Part shown: positions 29,987 to 40,723 of the stretch, piece after piece
How the letters are laid out: every line of letters starts with the position of its first letter
How positions within the stretch are numbered: the stretch's first letter is position 1
DNA from: a virus
Reading direction: 5' to 3' (one strand)
Length of the DNA stretch: 64,000 nucleotides
IMG/VR virus record: IMGVR_UViG_3300030329_003925
Span: 1-64,000 of that record
Notes under the pieces: model-generated
Database searches by the model: none
What the model was told of the DNA's origin: nothing
What the model saw: only the letters and a program-made list of their open reading frames with translations
Position numbers and translations under genes: made by a program

Positions 29987-30331
29987 TTAACGACTGTCTG
30001 TTTGGTCAACGGGACTACCCCTAGCATAATCAACCCTCCCCCCAGCATCAGACGAAGCTTTTAGGGCTGTATAACACTGCGAAAGAATGTCTCCTTGAGT
30101 TGCTCTGGCGGTGTTTCGAGTGTGGGTAAAAATAAATTGAATACTATCAATAGGGTCTTTGTCATTGTCGTAGTCTGTCTTGCTATTGAAGATGTCAATT
30201 TCTGCTGTAACGTTATTGGTCACGCTAGAATTGTTAAGCTCCAATGTTCGAACAATGTGAAATGCGTTAGAAGCTGTAAATCCGTGTGGGCTTACATGAC
30301 TCATAACGACCCCTAATGGTGGTGCTGCCAT
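29987..30331 (-). CDS. Hypothetical protein
   Basis: 114-aa ORF with AGGAG RBS. Confidence 0.6.
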   Translation of the reverse strand: MAAPPLGVVMSHVSPHGFTASNAFHIVRTLELNNSSVTNNVTAEIDIFNSKTDYDNDKDPIDSIQFIFTHTRNTARATQGDILSQCYTALKASSDAGGRVDYARGSPVDQTDSR

Positions 30332-30343
30332 ATTCTATCTCCT

Positions 30344-30790
30344 TTAAAATCCGCCTTGAACGGCTCTTCCAATTGCTGTGAGAGCTTCTGGATCAAACAT
30401 ACGGTGGTCCGCACCGATAGGTATAACCGCTGAAGCTCCCTCAAGCTCCCGAGAATCCTCGAAAGGAATAATGTCATCCGCAGGTGAGTGGATAACAATT
30501 GTATCAGAGGGCACGGTTGGAGGAATGCCATAATTTCTCCATGCAGGTGCGACAAGAACAAGCCGAGCACCGTGAGGATTCACAGCCATTGCCACTGCAC
30601 CGCCGCGAGAAGAGCCAACAATAACGTCCGGTTGCTCATCATCGATGACTTGTTGCGCGATAGAAACAGACTCAGGAAAGCTGCTCTTCGGCAAAGCAGG
30701 GTTTAAAACTTCATAACCCATATCTTCCAGATAGACAGCTTTGGAGCCACCCGGCTTTGATTCCAGCCCATGCAAAAATAATACTTTCAT
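30344..30790 (-). CDS. YqiA-like alpha/beta hydrolase
   Basis: FLHGLES, GSSRGG, D and H of the triad. Confidence 0.88.
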   Translation of the reverse strand: MKVLFLHGLESKPGGSKAVYLEDMGYEVLNPALPKSSFPESVSIAQQVIDDEQPDVIVGSSRGGAVAMAVNPHGARLVLVAPAWRNYGIPPTVPSDTIVIHSPADDIIPFEDSRELEGASAVIPIGADHRMFDPEALTAIGRAVQGGF

Positions 30791-30875
30791 TTTGACCTCG
30801 ATACCTTAAATAGTTTATAACACGGGACAGGACAAAAGGCAAGGAAAAACGTCGATTATTTTTTTCGGGATTTTT

Positions 30876-31967
30876 TTATTCTATGACGATCTCGTATGTA
30901 TAGATTGCACCATTCGCAGAAGCAATCATCTTGGTTGCATCCCGAGAAATAGAGAAGTCAAACATGCCATCCCATGCAATGCCATCACCCCAGATAGTAC
31001 CTTGTGCCCCATCATAGGCAACGAAAGAGCCGGGAGCAGAAAGATCTTCATAGACGAGAGCAAAGACAGCACCTGTTTCGCCAACAGGGGCAAGATCATA
31101 AATGTTGCCTTCTGCTTCGGTGCGCCATAAAAGGGTTCCCGAATTATCAACAGCCCCGAGGGTGGTGCCGCCTTCCCAAGCAACGACTGCCGTATTGTGA
31201 GCAGCATCATAGGCAACCATATCTCCGGCGTCATCAGCAATCAGGCGATAGCCCATATCACTAATAGCATAAACATCACCGTTGGCAAGATAAATAATAT
31301 CGTCATATTCGTTCACAGAGATCATTGGCTCATCAGCACACAGGCTACTGGGCACCTCAACAGAAGCAACCCCACCTGCGTGATCTCGGCGTGAAACCTG
31401 ACAAATCTCGGACTGCTCAACAGTCACGAAACCATCGGCTGTGACCTTGGCAGCAACCAAGCCGGGAACAATATAATGTTGGTCGCCATAGGAGGGAGAC
31501 CAAAAGCCAATATCGTCATCGCACAGATACATTACCCGACCTTGCTCATCATACTCAACAGGGATATCCGGGCAACTCTGATTATTATAGTCTGCACCAG
31601 ATAAGAAGCCACCGGGGTTATACTCACAGGAGTTACCACCCGACATGCCCAACATTCCAGTGTTGCCGTCATGGGAGAGGGCAAGACCATTGATGCCATA
31701 CCATCCCAAAGCGGTCTGAACAGTGGAGAGGGTTGGGACCGGCTCGGGTTTTTCGATCTCCTTCTCGGGACGCTCCGGTCTATCGAAGTTTAATTCATCA
31801 GGCATAAAGACATCTGGAGAAGATTCCTCCATCGGATGCAAAGCCTCTTGCAAGACCGCTTCTTGTTCTCCCTCATGGGGTGCAAGAAAAGTTAGTTCAT
31901 TCGAATAAGTGATTGTGTCAGAACTCTCAACACAACCCGCCAACAAGGCAATAATAAATAGCCGCAT
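30876..31967 (-). CDS. Lipoprotein with probable beta-propeller
   Basis: LAGC lipobox; GTLLW and GTIW PQQ-like blade ends. Confidence 0.65.
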   Translation of the reverse strand: MRLFIIALLAGCVESSDTITYSNELTFLAPHEGEQEAVLQEALHPMEESSPDVFMPDELNFDRPERPEKEIEKPEPVPTLSTVQTALGWYGINGLALSHDGNTGMLGMSGGNSCEYNPGGFLSGADYNNQSCPDIPVEYDEQGRVMYLCDDDIGFWSPSYGDQHYIVPGLVAAKVTADGFVTVEQSEICQVSRRDHAGGVASVEVPSSLCADEPMISVNEYDDIIYLANGDVYAISDMGYRLIADDAGDMVAYDAAHNTAVVAWEGGTTLGAVDNSGTLLWRTEAEGNIYDLAPVGETGAVFALVYEDLSAPGSFVAYDGAQGTIWGDGIAWDGMFDFSISRDATKMIASANGAIYTYEIVIE

Positions 31968-32195
31968 AGTATTCCTCCTGTGGGTACGAAGTAACTAGTC
32001 GGCGTTAAGCCATCAGTCGAGGGTGTCATATGGAGGATAGAGTGCGTAGCCCATAAAGCAGCTTAAACCGGCGTTCTCGCCGCGATATTTTTTGCATATT
32101 TTTTTCCAACCTTGAGCCCACTTAAGGTTGTTCAAAGTTCAGCAGCATCATAAAATATAGTTTGTTCCCCGTGTTTGGGGGAGTGGATGATTAGT

Positions 32196-32798
32196 TCAGG
32201 CATTGGTTAACTCAGCCATGTATTCTTCGTAGCGCTCTGGGAAGTTAAGCTGCCGCTCTGCGTTTACGATTGATCTCTCTCTTATGACTGCCCTGTCATA
32301 TGCTATTGCTGCTTCTTTGGGAGTGTCGAACCAACTAGCAACGTGTTTGCCCCCTAGTTTGCACCCATACTTATAAACTTCGACCTTATATTTTCGAACA
32401 CCCTTGTAGCCTGTTTTGTTTTTATGGATAGTGTTCCAACTGTTCTCGGCTGGAGTGACATGGCGTAGGTTGCTCTTGCAATTATTCAAGCCGTTGCCAT
32501 CTATATGGTCTGTTTGTTTTTTCTTGGCTGGCTTGCCTAAAATAAGATGATGCATTTGCAGCACCGTCTTTCTTCTCCTTCTCCCATCTGTCTTGCAGGG
32601 AATCCAATCACCATCTGGATGATTTATTTGAGTCTTGGCATAACAGTTTCCATTCTTCTTCGGCGTTGACAGACTCCAATTGTAGGCTTTCACCCTATCC
32701 CAATCTTCTGTGTCGATAATAGCCTCTTTGTTGCCGTGTGTCTTGCTCTCAATGAATATCACTGTTGTGCCATCGTCGTTATGCTCATGCTTGTTCAT
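32196..32798 (-). CDS. HNH endonuclease with AP2-like domain (homing type)
   Basis: DHIDGNGLNNCKSNLR; GYKGV...EAAIAYD; start moved to MNKHEH behind TTGCCA-17-TACAAT. Confidence 0.88.
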   Translation of the reverse strand: MNKHEHNDDGTTVIFIESKTHGNKEAIIDTEDWDRVKAYNWSLSTPKKNGNCYAKTQINHPDGDWIPCKTDGRRRRKTVLQMHHLILGKPAKKKQTDHIDGNGLNNCKSNLRHVTPAENSWNTIHKNKTGYKGVRKYKVEVYKYGCKLGGKHVASWFDTPKEAAIAYDRAVIRERSIVNAERQLNFPERYEEYMAELTNA

Positions 32799-32964
32799 AC
32801 GCCCCCTTTTGCTGGTATCTATATTGTAACACGCCACCCTAAAACTGGCAAATTTTTTCTGGCTATTTTTTGGGCAATCTAAAACTCCAAAATTACTTGG
32901 CGATATAACGCGTGTATCTGGGGTGGGCTTGTCCAACCAGCCTGCGTGGTACTTACTTTCCGGT

Positions 32965-32998
32965 GGGTAGGGGGGTAGGGGGGGAGGGGGGGTACCCC
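32965..32998 (+). repeat. Four G-tracts followed by a GGGGTACCCC palindrome
   Basis: GGG-TA-G6-TA-G7-A-G7-TACCCC. Confidence 0.85.
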
Positions 32999-33124
32999 TT
33001 TGGTGTTCTTTATACATTTTATTGTACGCAATGTATTCGAGCAATTGTTACAAATGTATTCCCCTTCTTCCCCTTCTCTCTCTTATACTATTACTCTCTC
33101 TCCCTTACTGGAGTTTATACCTTT

Positions 33125-33576
33125 TTATTTTTTATGTCCTCGGCATCTTTTCATATGCCACTTGGTTCGCTTGCGTTGTTCCTCGCCTGCCACTGCAATT
33201 AGTATGCGAGGGTGATAGACGCCAGAGCGTCCACTATCCCACTTGACCCTGACGGACCATTGGTCTGCTGAAGTTACCATTCCTTTTCCCCTCGGACCTT
33301 GTGGGTCTTTGTGGACAACGGTAGTTCCTTTGGTTATATCTTCCATGTTCTCTCCTTCTCGTGGGTAGTTACAAATTGAATGTCTGTCGAGGGTTCTTCA
33401 GTAACAGTCATGCCATCATCAAATTGGTTGGTCAACCAGTGAACCCAGAACCTGCCAGAGTGAAGCACAGAATCCCCTACGGTTATGCCCCAGTCTCTTG
33501 TGACGTTATGCCTAACCAGTTTACCTGCCCTCTCCATTATAGCCATCCCCAGTAAGCGTGAATATACCCACCGCAA
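33125..33576 (-). CDS. Two small SH3-like hypothetical proteins
   Basis: ORFs 33125-33346 and 33334-33576; G-x-V...V-x-W pattern. Confidence 0.5.
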
Positions 33577-33761
33577 AAGCTAAACATCCAGAGCAAGCCA
33601 GAATAGCAAAGCAGCAGTAGTGAACCAATGAATTTATCGAACTTAGACATGTTTCCTTCCCTCTAATATAGCCGGTTATGCCTTACTTGTCAAACAAATA
33701 ATTGTCCTTGACAAACCATAGAAAATCGACTTGATACTTCCCCTTTCTACCCTCTCTCTCT

Positions 33762-35268
33762 TTACTCTATACAAAGCATCTCTGGATTGGAATAATAATC
33801 CACTTCGGTATCACCGAAACCCACTTCAAACCATTCTCCTCCACTCTCTCCCACCTTACATAAGGACGTAGCTGGAAGGGTTAGGACTGTCTTTCCTACA
33901 AGCATATACACCTCTACCCATTCAAACAATTCTTCTTGGCTTAACAGGATAGGGTTCTCTCTCTTCTCTGCTCCTAAGACTATACCTAACTCTCCTCTCT
34001 CACTGAAGTATATGAATGACTTGTGCTTTACCAAGTCTCCTCTCTTATACTCTGTTGGTATCTTTTTAATTTTCATGTCCTCGACCCTTTTCTGTTTTGG
34101 ATGAGATAACTTTATACTTCCTCTCTGCCACTTCCATCGGGAAACTAATTTGGTGTCCTCTGCCAACCCAAGGTGCAACCTTCTCAAAGAAGTGAATCAC
34201 AACCCAACCACCTTTCTTTACCTCTTGGACAATTCCATACGGTTGCCTATAGCCTAAGCCACGAACCAAGTCACCGACTTGCATTGAGCACCTTCAAATA
34301 ATGACGAGGTTCGGGATAGGGTTTTGGCATATCACTCCACTGTACCATTATTCGCCCATCAAGCGGATTGATGCCCACAATAATGCCAACACTCATCGTG
34401 CCGTATTCGGGCGATGTGGCTGGAGTACCTCTCACCAAGTCACCTACTTTCATCTTGTCACCTTTGTCCATGTGTCACCCAAAGAGAGCCATAACTGGTT
34501 CGGTGTCCCATACTCGATGAAGCGTTCGCCTCCTGCAAAGTTAGAAAGCACTTCAATCACGATGCTGAACCTGCCCGTGTTCTTGTTCCTTATGAGGTCG
34601 CCCACCTTGAATGAATATTTACTTTGTGCCTTCATTGACCTTCTCCAACTCTCTGGTGAGAAACATTAACTTTTCTCCCCTCACCAAAACATAACTGTGG
34701 TGCTTGCTGCTTTCGTACCCAAGGAATAAACCTAATTCCCCTGCGTAACTCCACTTGTGCGATACGGTGACGTGCGGGCACCTTACCAAGTCACCGACTT
34801 GCATTGACTACCTCCACTTTGCTATCTTTATATGGCACAGGTTGACCATGCAAGGTGACCCAACGCTGAACCCCATCGTGGCTCTCAAGGACATCAACCC
34901 GCATGACGAGATGCACCATACTGGTGCCTTTAATCTTTACCAAGTCACCTGCTTTCATCGGTTCTCCATCACGCCAAAGCAATAACCAACCAAGACGCCA
35001 AGCACACCAATGAGCAGGGGCACGGGAATTTGAATCATTTCAATCATTGTACTTTCTCCAAACAACTTTCTGAAACACTTCGAATCTCACCACCAAAGTT
35101 ACAAGTCCATCTTGCTACATGTGGTGGTGGAGAGAGATAGCGTTCGGGCGGATAGACATCCTCCTTGAGAACCAAACCCACCCTCTTTTGCCAGTCGAGG
35201 GTGAGGTCGGAAGTGATGGGCGAGATACGAACGAGGTCGCCCGCCTTGAGGTTACAAATGTCGCTCAT
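33762..35268 (-). CDS. Tandem array of seven KVGDLV (KOW/SH3-like) mini-proteins
   Basis: 33762-34076, 34066-34284, 34271-34453, 34450-34635, 34619-34804, 34791-34958 and 35044-35268 all have (K/Q)(V/A/R)GDL(V/I) near the start. Confidence 0.75.
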
Positions 35269-36629
35269 TTGTCCTCCACTGCGATGACCCGCTCGTTGGT
35301 CTTGAAGTAGGGATACGAGGCACCGTGACGGTCGGTCATCCAGATGCGTGGGCAACGTGACGACACAGGCTTAGGCGCGTACATGTCGGTCAGCACGATG
35401 TGACCGTCGAAGTTGCCATCGTTGACGAACTTGGTCGGTGCGTCGAAGTTGGTGCCACCGCAGCAGTAACGCTTCTTGTCGAAACGAGCACCCTTCTTCC
35501 AGACGTGGACACCATCTTCGAACACTTGGTCGTCGAAGGGGATGACCGTGAATTCCACAAACTTAGAAAGTTTGTTCAACTCGGCATAGAAGGCAGAGAG
35601 CATCGAGTCGGAGACGGACCCAGACTGGTCGATGCTGACCGCGAGGCGAGCGTAGCGTGTCACCTTGTTGCCACTGTGGATGAAGGGGTAACGCTTGTTG
35701 AGACGACGAACCGTGTTTCGCTTGTTCGCCTTGACGGTCGTGCGACAGAAGTAGCGAAGGACTGCTCGCCAGTCAACGGTCGTGCGGAGCATCTCTTTGA
35801 TGTCCTGCTTGGTGCGTGCGGAGCAAGTACCCCAAGAACCCGCCTTGTCTGCTTCCTCTGCTGCCTTGCGGATGTCTTCCTTCATGCGCTCGTTCGCAAT
35901 CTCGCGAGCCTGCTGGTCCTCGGCACCCTCGCCACCCCAACCGGAGTGGTCGTCGAAGGACTGACCCTGACCAGAACCACCGGACCCAGAACCTTCGCCC
36001 TCGCTCTCGCCCTGCTCACCGTTGTCGCCAGAACCAGAACCCTGACCCTCGCCATCCTCGTCGCCTTCGCCACCTTGACCCTCGCCCTCGCCTTCACCAG
36101 ACTCACTCGACTCGCCCTCGTCAGACTCGCCCTCTTCCTCCTCACGCTTCTTCTGAATCATTTTATAATATGCCTCGGCAGACAACCCAGCCTCAAAGTC
36201 AGCAAACGGACCCTCAGTCGGGAAGCAGCACTCTGGAGGCAGCATGTGGTCGCCATCGGCACCCATGAGGTCGCTGTTGATAGCGAGGTCGCCTGCGATG
36301 TTCCAGTCCATCGACATGCCATCGGAAGGCAGACGACCAGCAACGTGACCCAAGACGATGTGCATGAACTCATGAATGAGCGTGCCCTTGACCCAGCGGT
36401 AACGAGCAGCACCCTTGTCGCCCATCTCCTCGCGACGAGCGATGCACTCTTCGAACCACTTGGGGTTGTAGACCAACTCGTAACGAGCGGTGTCGGCATT
36501 GAGCTTCACGCCTGCGGTCGGGATGCTGGTGAGCACTCGCTTGTCCATCCGACGCGAGAGCGCAGCAAAGAAAGGCTCGTCGAGCAGGAGGCGAGCGGTG
36601 TGTTGATTGAGGTCAAAATTTGTGGTCAT
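35265..36629 (-). CDS. Metallopeptidase plus vWA-like protein (DUF2201-type MoxR partner)
   Basis: HEFMH, WNIAGDLAIN, acidic G/S/E linker, IDQSGSV, GGTNF, LTD. Confidence 0.9.
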   Translation of the reverse strand: MTTNFDLNQHTARLLLDEPFFAALSRRMDKRVLTSIPTAGVKLNADTARYELVYNPKWFEECIARREEMGDKGAARYRWVKGTLIHEFMHIVLGHVAGRLPSDGMSMDWNIAGDLAINSDLMGADGDHMLPPECCFPTEGPFADFEAGLSAEAYYKMIQKKREEEEGESDEGESSESGEGEGEGQGGEGDEDGEGQGSGSGDNGEQGESEGEGSGSGGSGQGQSFDDHSGWGGEGAEDQQAREIANERMKEDIRKAAEEADKAGSWGTCSARTKQDIKEMLRTTVDWRAVLRYFCRTTVKANKRNTVRRLNKRYPFIHSGNKVTRYARLAVSIDQSGSVSDSMLSAFYAELNKLSKFVEFTVIPFDDQVFEDGVHVWKKGARFDKKRYCCGGTNFDAPTKFVNDGNFDGHIVLTDMYAPKPVSSRCPRIWMTDRHGASYPYFKTNERVIAVEDK

Positions 36630-36702
36630 GAGAACTCCTTCTTACATATACAATGTATCACGCGAGGGGCAGAAAGTCCACCCCAAGCGTGTAAACATAA
36701 TG

Positions 36703-36855
36703 TCAGGAACCGACGAGAAACCCAATGGAAGCGTAGATACCGTAGCCTGCCAATGTCAAGGCAGGGAGCATGAGCATGAACGCCAGAGTCATCATCATCA
36801 CATCGGCATAGTCGATGTCGTGTCGTCGAACATAGTTAGTAATTGCAGAAAGCAT
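36703..36855 (-). CDS. Small membrane protein
   Basis: MLSAITNYV... with one TM helix, GAGG RBS. Confidence 0.5.
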   Translation of the reverse strand: MLSAITNYVRRHDIDYADVMMMTLAFMLMLPALTLAGYGIYASIGFLVGS

Positions 36856-36907
36856 AGAGCACCTCTTGGTTGTTGATGGGAAAAAAATTCCCGCGAGAAA
36901 CTTACAA

Positions 36908-36944
36908 ATAAAAGAAAGGCGAGGGGGCGCGATGCCCCCCCGCT
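36908..36944 (-). terminator. Intrinsic terminator after the AAA+ ATPase gene
   Basis: GCGGGGGGC-ATCGC-GCCCCCTCGC followed by CTTTCTTTT. Confidence 0.7.
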
Positions 36945-36949
36945 GCTGA

Positions 36950-38050
36950 CTACTCAAGCCCACCAGTCAGCATGATGGTCAGGTGGTCTGCGACAGACAC
37001 ACCACCCGATGAGGTCGCACCGTGGAGGTTCATGACATTCTCGTCACTGCACTCCTGACGACCCAGCACCTCCCACAACTTCATCGCAGGCTCGGAAGGC
37101 ATAGTTACAAAGTAGTCTGCGAGGTTCTGAACCTGCTCGGTCGTGAGCACTGCTTGGAACACCTCGGCAGCATCCATCTTGTCCACCAGAGCGACGTGCT
37201 CGATGACGCTGAAGTCTGCGGTCTTCTCGACCTTGCCGTGGGTCAGAACATCCTCGACAGTGACCTGACGGTCGTAGTTCTGGGCGAAGTCACGCAGAGC
37301 GACCGCACCTTCGAACCCGACGAACCCAGTCGCGAGGACAAAGAGAGGCTCAAGACCCTGACGAGGGTCTGCGAGCAGACCTGCGGTGGTCATCGTATCC
37401 GACAGACGCTTCCAAGACCGACGCGAAGGGTACACCTTGTTCGGCTCGTACTCACCAGTGTGCTCCAAGTGCCCACGGTTGCCGTTGATGAAGTCCCAGA
37501 CGAAGGAGTCCACGTTGTCCTTCGCCCATGCGAGCCAGTCCTCGACGGTAGGCTCGACATCGACAACCCACCAGCGGTCAAGTTCGGCAGGGTCCAACTC
37601 GCCAACCTGATACTGCGACCCGCACTCCTCGCCACCGTTGACAGCAGCGATAATCAGGGTTTGAGGATGAAGATGACGACCGTAAATCTTACGGGAGTCG
37701 GTCAATTCCATGATGCCCTGACGCACCTCTGGAGTCGCACGGTCCACCTCGTCCAAGAAGAGGACGACGGGGTTCTCGCACGCTTGGATGAGCCAGTCAG
37801 GGGCGTTCCAAGAAGTTACTTTATTGCCCTGCTCCGTCATCGTGGAGTCAGCATCGGGCATACCGATGAGGTCACCCTCGGTCATCTGTGAAGCACGACG
37901 CTCCACGACGGGGAGGTCGAGGTCGCGAGCGGTCTGGTAGACCACCTCGGACTTGCCCACACCGTGACGACCGCGAAGCATCACGGGGAGCTTCTGCGCG
38001 AGGACGTGGGGAGCGATGGAAGTGAAGGTCTTGAAGTCGATTGTTGCCAT
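36950..38050 (-). CDS. MoxR-like AAA+ ATPase
   Basis: GRHGVGKS, LFLDEVDRA, AAVN, LDPAELDR, PSRRSW. Confidence 0.92.
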   Translation of the reverse strand: MATIDFKTFTSIAPHVLAQKLPVMLRGRHGVGKSEVVYQTARDLDLPVVERRASQMTEGDLIGMPDADSTMTEQGNKVTSWNAPDWLIQACENPVVLFLDEVDRATPEVRQGIMELTDSRKIYGRHLHPQTLIIAAVNGGEECGSQYQVGELDPAELDRWWVVDVEPTVEDWLAWAKDNVDSFVWDFINGNRGHLEHTGEYEPNKVYPSRRSWKRLSDTMTTAGLLADPRQGLEPLFVLATGFVGFEGAVALRDFAQNYDRQVTVEDVLTHGKVEKTADFSVIEHVALVDKMDAAEVFQAVLTTEQVQNLADYFVTMPSEPAMKLWEVLGRQECSDENVMNLHGATSSGGVSVADHLTIMLTGGLE

Positions 38051-38165
38051 GATGAAAACTCCGTGGAGGGGTCAGGAAGAATGGGAGAACATCTCCCGCT
38101 TACATATACAATGTATCACGTCTGGGGAAGAAGTCAAGGACCGAATCGGACCCTTGACACACAGT

Positions 38166-38846
38166 TTACAAATGGGATGCTGCCTCTGGGAAGCGCCGTT
38201 CGAACATCCAAGACTCACGCTCTCTCAATTCTTCCTTCGCATCTTTCACGGTCATGCCCTCTTCAACCCAGCCTGCGGGAACCGAGATGTCGCCTTTCGC
38301 CGCGAGGATGGTCAGGTTCTCGTTGAAGTAGGCGCTGCCCCCAAGCCCTGCCATCACTGGCAGGTTGCAACCACGCTCGCCGGTTGTAAGTTGGGCGAGG
38401 TCACGCACCCGCAGAAACGCTCGACCCTTAGAAAGATAGGTCGCACCCTCCCACCCAATACCAGTGACGAGGTAGCGAGTCTTGCTCGACCAGCGTTCTT
38501 CGACGATGATGGAGCCGACACCCAGTGACGCACTCTCCAGCGCGGAGACGACATTCCGACGCCACTCGACGCCTGCCTTCTGGAGCGCAGCGACGTGCGT
38601 CTTCAGAATGGCGCAGGTTCGCCGGTTGTGTCCCTGCTCGCCACAGTAGGTGCAATTCCGCTTCTCACCCTTGCGAGAAGTAGCCTCACGACGCTGGTCG
38701 TACATCCGAACGCGCCAGTCTTCTGGATTCTCCTCCCGACGCTCTGCAATCTCAGCCTTCAGCTTGGGGCAACCCCGCTTGTTGTGTCCTCGTTCCCAAC
38801 AGTGTGAACAAGTGACGGTTCCGTTCCATGACATATGAGCCTCCAA
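38166..38846 (-). CDS. Double CCHC zinc-knuckle protein
   Basis: CSHCWERGHNKRGC and CTYCGEQGHNRRTC. Confidence 0.8.
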   Translation of the reverse strand: MEAHMSWNGTVTCSHCWERGHNKRGCPKLKAEIAERREENPEDWRVRMYDQRREATSRKGEKRNCTYCGEQGHNRRTCAILKTHVAALQKAGVEWRRNVVSALESASLGVGSIIVEERWSSKTRYLVTGIGWEGATYLSKGRAFLRVRDLAQLTTGERGCNLPVMAGLGGSAYFNENLTILAAKGDISVPAGWVEEGMTVKDAKEELRERESWMFERRFPEAASHL

Positions 38847-38928
38847 GTGGGCAGAGTTACAAAGTTCTTTCGCTTACATATACAATGTATCACGATATGG
38901 AGAGAAGTCAAGGAAGTGGCACCTGTCT

Positions 38929-39859
38929 TTACATCTCTTTGACATTCTTTACATCCCTCGATTCAACGTAATGCTTCATTTCACAGTCTGGAACTCGCCT
39001 TTTCGTATAATCAGTCGTCCACTGAACGAGGAGCCTGTCTCTGATACCATGCTCTGTGGCTCCGATGCCGTTCACCATGCCCCCGTGGATTGCCTGCCCT
39101 CTCTTTGCCCCGTAGACTTTGAAAGCCTGCCTCGCACCATAATATTCTTTGTCTACCTTCTGGACAACCCCGATGTCCTTGGTCAAATTGCAACGCACCA
39201 AGTCGCCAACCTCAAAGTTACAAATTGTCATGGCTAACCTCCTTCAGATAGCACTCATGCTCGTTCGTTGTCCTCCCGTTAATCCAGTGGACTTCCCAAA
39301 CCTTCAACTCCCTCCCGTCCACCGTGAAGCGGTCCAACATCTTGCGCTCCTTGTCGGAATGGACGTGCCGCTTGATGACGACGCCAAAAGAGGGGTAGTC
39401 TTTGCGACTCGCTGCGAAGAAGTCTGGAGCACTGAACTTTACTAATGTCCCAACCTCAATCATCTTGCACCCACCACCATCAATTTTTCTATGTCCCAAA
39501 GGGTCTGACCCTGCTTGCCCTGCCAATTTACAATTCCGTCAATGTCGTGCCCCCCAGCCACTTCCGCAAGTGCATCACCTACCGCGATGACGACGCCAAG
39601 ATACGCTGGCGTATCAAGATTGGCTGGAGACTCACTCACAACCGCTGGACAATTTACTAAGTCACCTACTTTCATTGACTACCTCCAACTCTCTGGTGAG
39701 GAATACTAACTTCTTGCCCTTCGCCCAAACATAACTGTGGGTGTTGGTGCCATCGTCAAAGATGCTTTTCTCGTGCCCAACGAAGACGCCCCACTCTCTC
39801 TCTGCGTCCCACTTGCTGTTGACGGGCGGGCACCTTACCAAGTCACCGACTTTCATCAT
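38929..39859 (-). CDS. Second array of four KVGDLV mini-proteins
   Basis: 38929-39231, 39218-39463, 39460-39675, 39662-39859. Confidence 0.75.
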
Positions 39860-40632
39860 CGTGCCCTCATCAAGTAGCGTTCTTCAATGACGATGGGGCG
39901 AGGGTCGCCAGCGAACAGGACAGTATAGCCGCGCCCACCCTTGACTGCCTCGATGATGCCCTCATCAGAGAGGATAAATGCCTTCTTTCCAATGTACTTC
40001 CAATACTTTGTCCGAGTGGTCTGGTTCTTGCGAAGCTGAACACCGTCGCGAACTGCAAACGAAGGCTCGACAGAGGACTGCTCGATGACACGCTTGGCAT
40101 ATCGGTTGTTCCACAACTTCATAAAGGAGGTCTTGCGGGGCACATAACTCTCGTTGTCGAGGATGCTTGCCACCATATCCTTCCAGTATGGGAGGCTCCC
40201 ACGACGATAGAACCCAGCGAGCACCAACGCACCCTCACGATAGGTGGTGCGGTACTCTTGGTCCCAATTGTCGGTGTAGTCTGCCTGTATCTTGTCGAGA
40301 TGGTATTGCTGACGTTCAGAAAGCGTGCCTCCTCGCTGCACCTGCTCGATGATGGAAGTTACAAAACGAAACGCCCAAGTGCCATCACCCTCGGCAGCGA
40401 GGATTGCCTCTCGGAGAGTTACAAATTCGATGGGTGCCTCACCCTTGGGGGTCTTTGCGGCTTCAGCAGCGCGAGCCTCCAGCTTGTCAACCCAAGGGCG
40501 ACGACCTGCGCTCAACGTGTTCTTACGAAGATAACTCTTCAGAAGGCTTGCCGCGAACTCACGGTCGCGTTGAGATAGGTTTCCGTCCTTAGAAAGAGCA
40601 GTCAGTCTGTCGCCCAGTGTCGTGCGTGCCAT
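39856..40632 (-). CDS. Hypothetical early protein
   Basis: 258-aa ORF with GGGAGG RBS and its own promoter. Confidence 0.75.
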   Translation of the reverse strand: MARTTLGDRLTALSKDGNLSQRDREFAASLLKSYLRKNTLSAGRRPWVDKLEARAAEAAKTPKGEAPIEFVTLREAILAAEGDGTWAFRFVTSIIEQVQRGGTLSERQQYHLDKIQADYTDNWDQEYRTTYREGALVLAGFYRRGSLPYWKDMVASILDNESYVPRKTSFMKLWNNRYAKRVIEQSSVEPSFAVRDGVQLRKNQTTRTKYWKYIGKKAFILSDEGIIEAVKGGRGYTVLFAGDPRPIVIEERYLMRAR

Positions 40633-40723
40633 GTGTTACCTCCCGCGTTACATATACAATATAGCCGGTCCTGCACCAGATTGCAAGTCCTAAGTTGTCA
40701 AGAGAATGTCAACACAAAAAAGA

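Noticed and set aside
32799-33044. Proline-rich N-terminal extension of the HNH ORF
   Set aside because: It is read through the G-tract; a promoter and RBS support the start at 32798.
34265-34958. Spaced near-identical 20-30 bp repeats resembling a CRISPR array
   Set aside because: Spacing is about 150-350 bp, the repeats are coding gene junctions, and no cas genes are present.
35400-37891. Long plus-strand ORFs (457 aa and 289 aa)
   Set aside because: Antisense shadows of the GC-rich vWA and MoxR genes; no motifs or RBS. The other plus-strand ORFs are rejected for the same reason.
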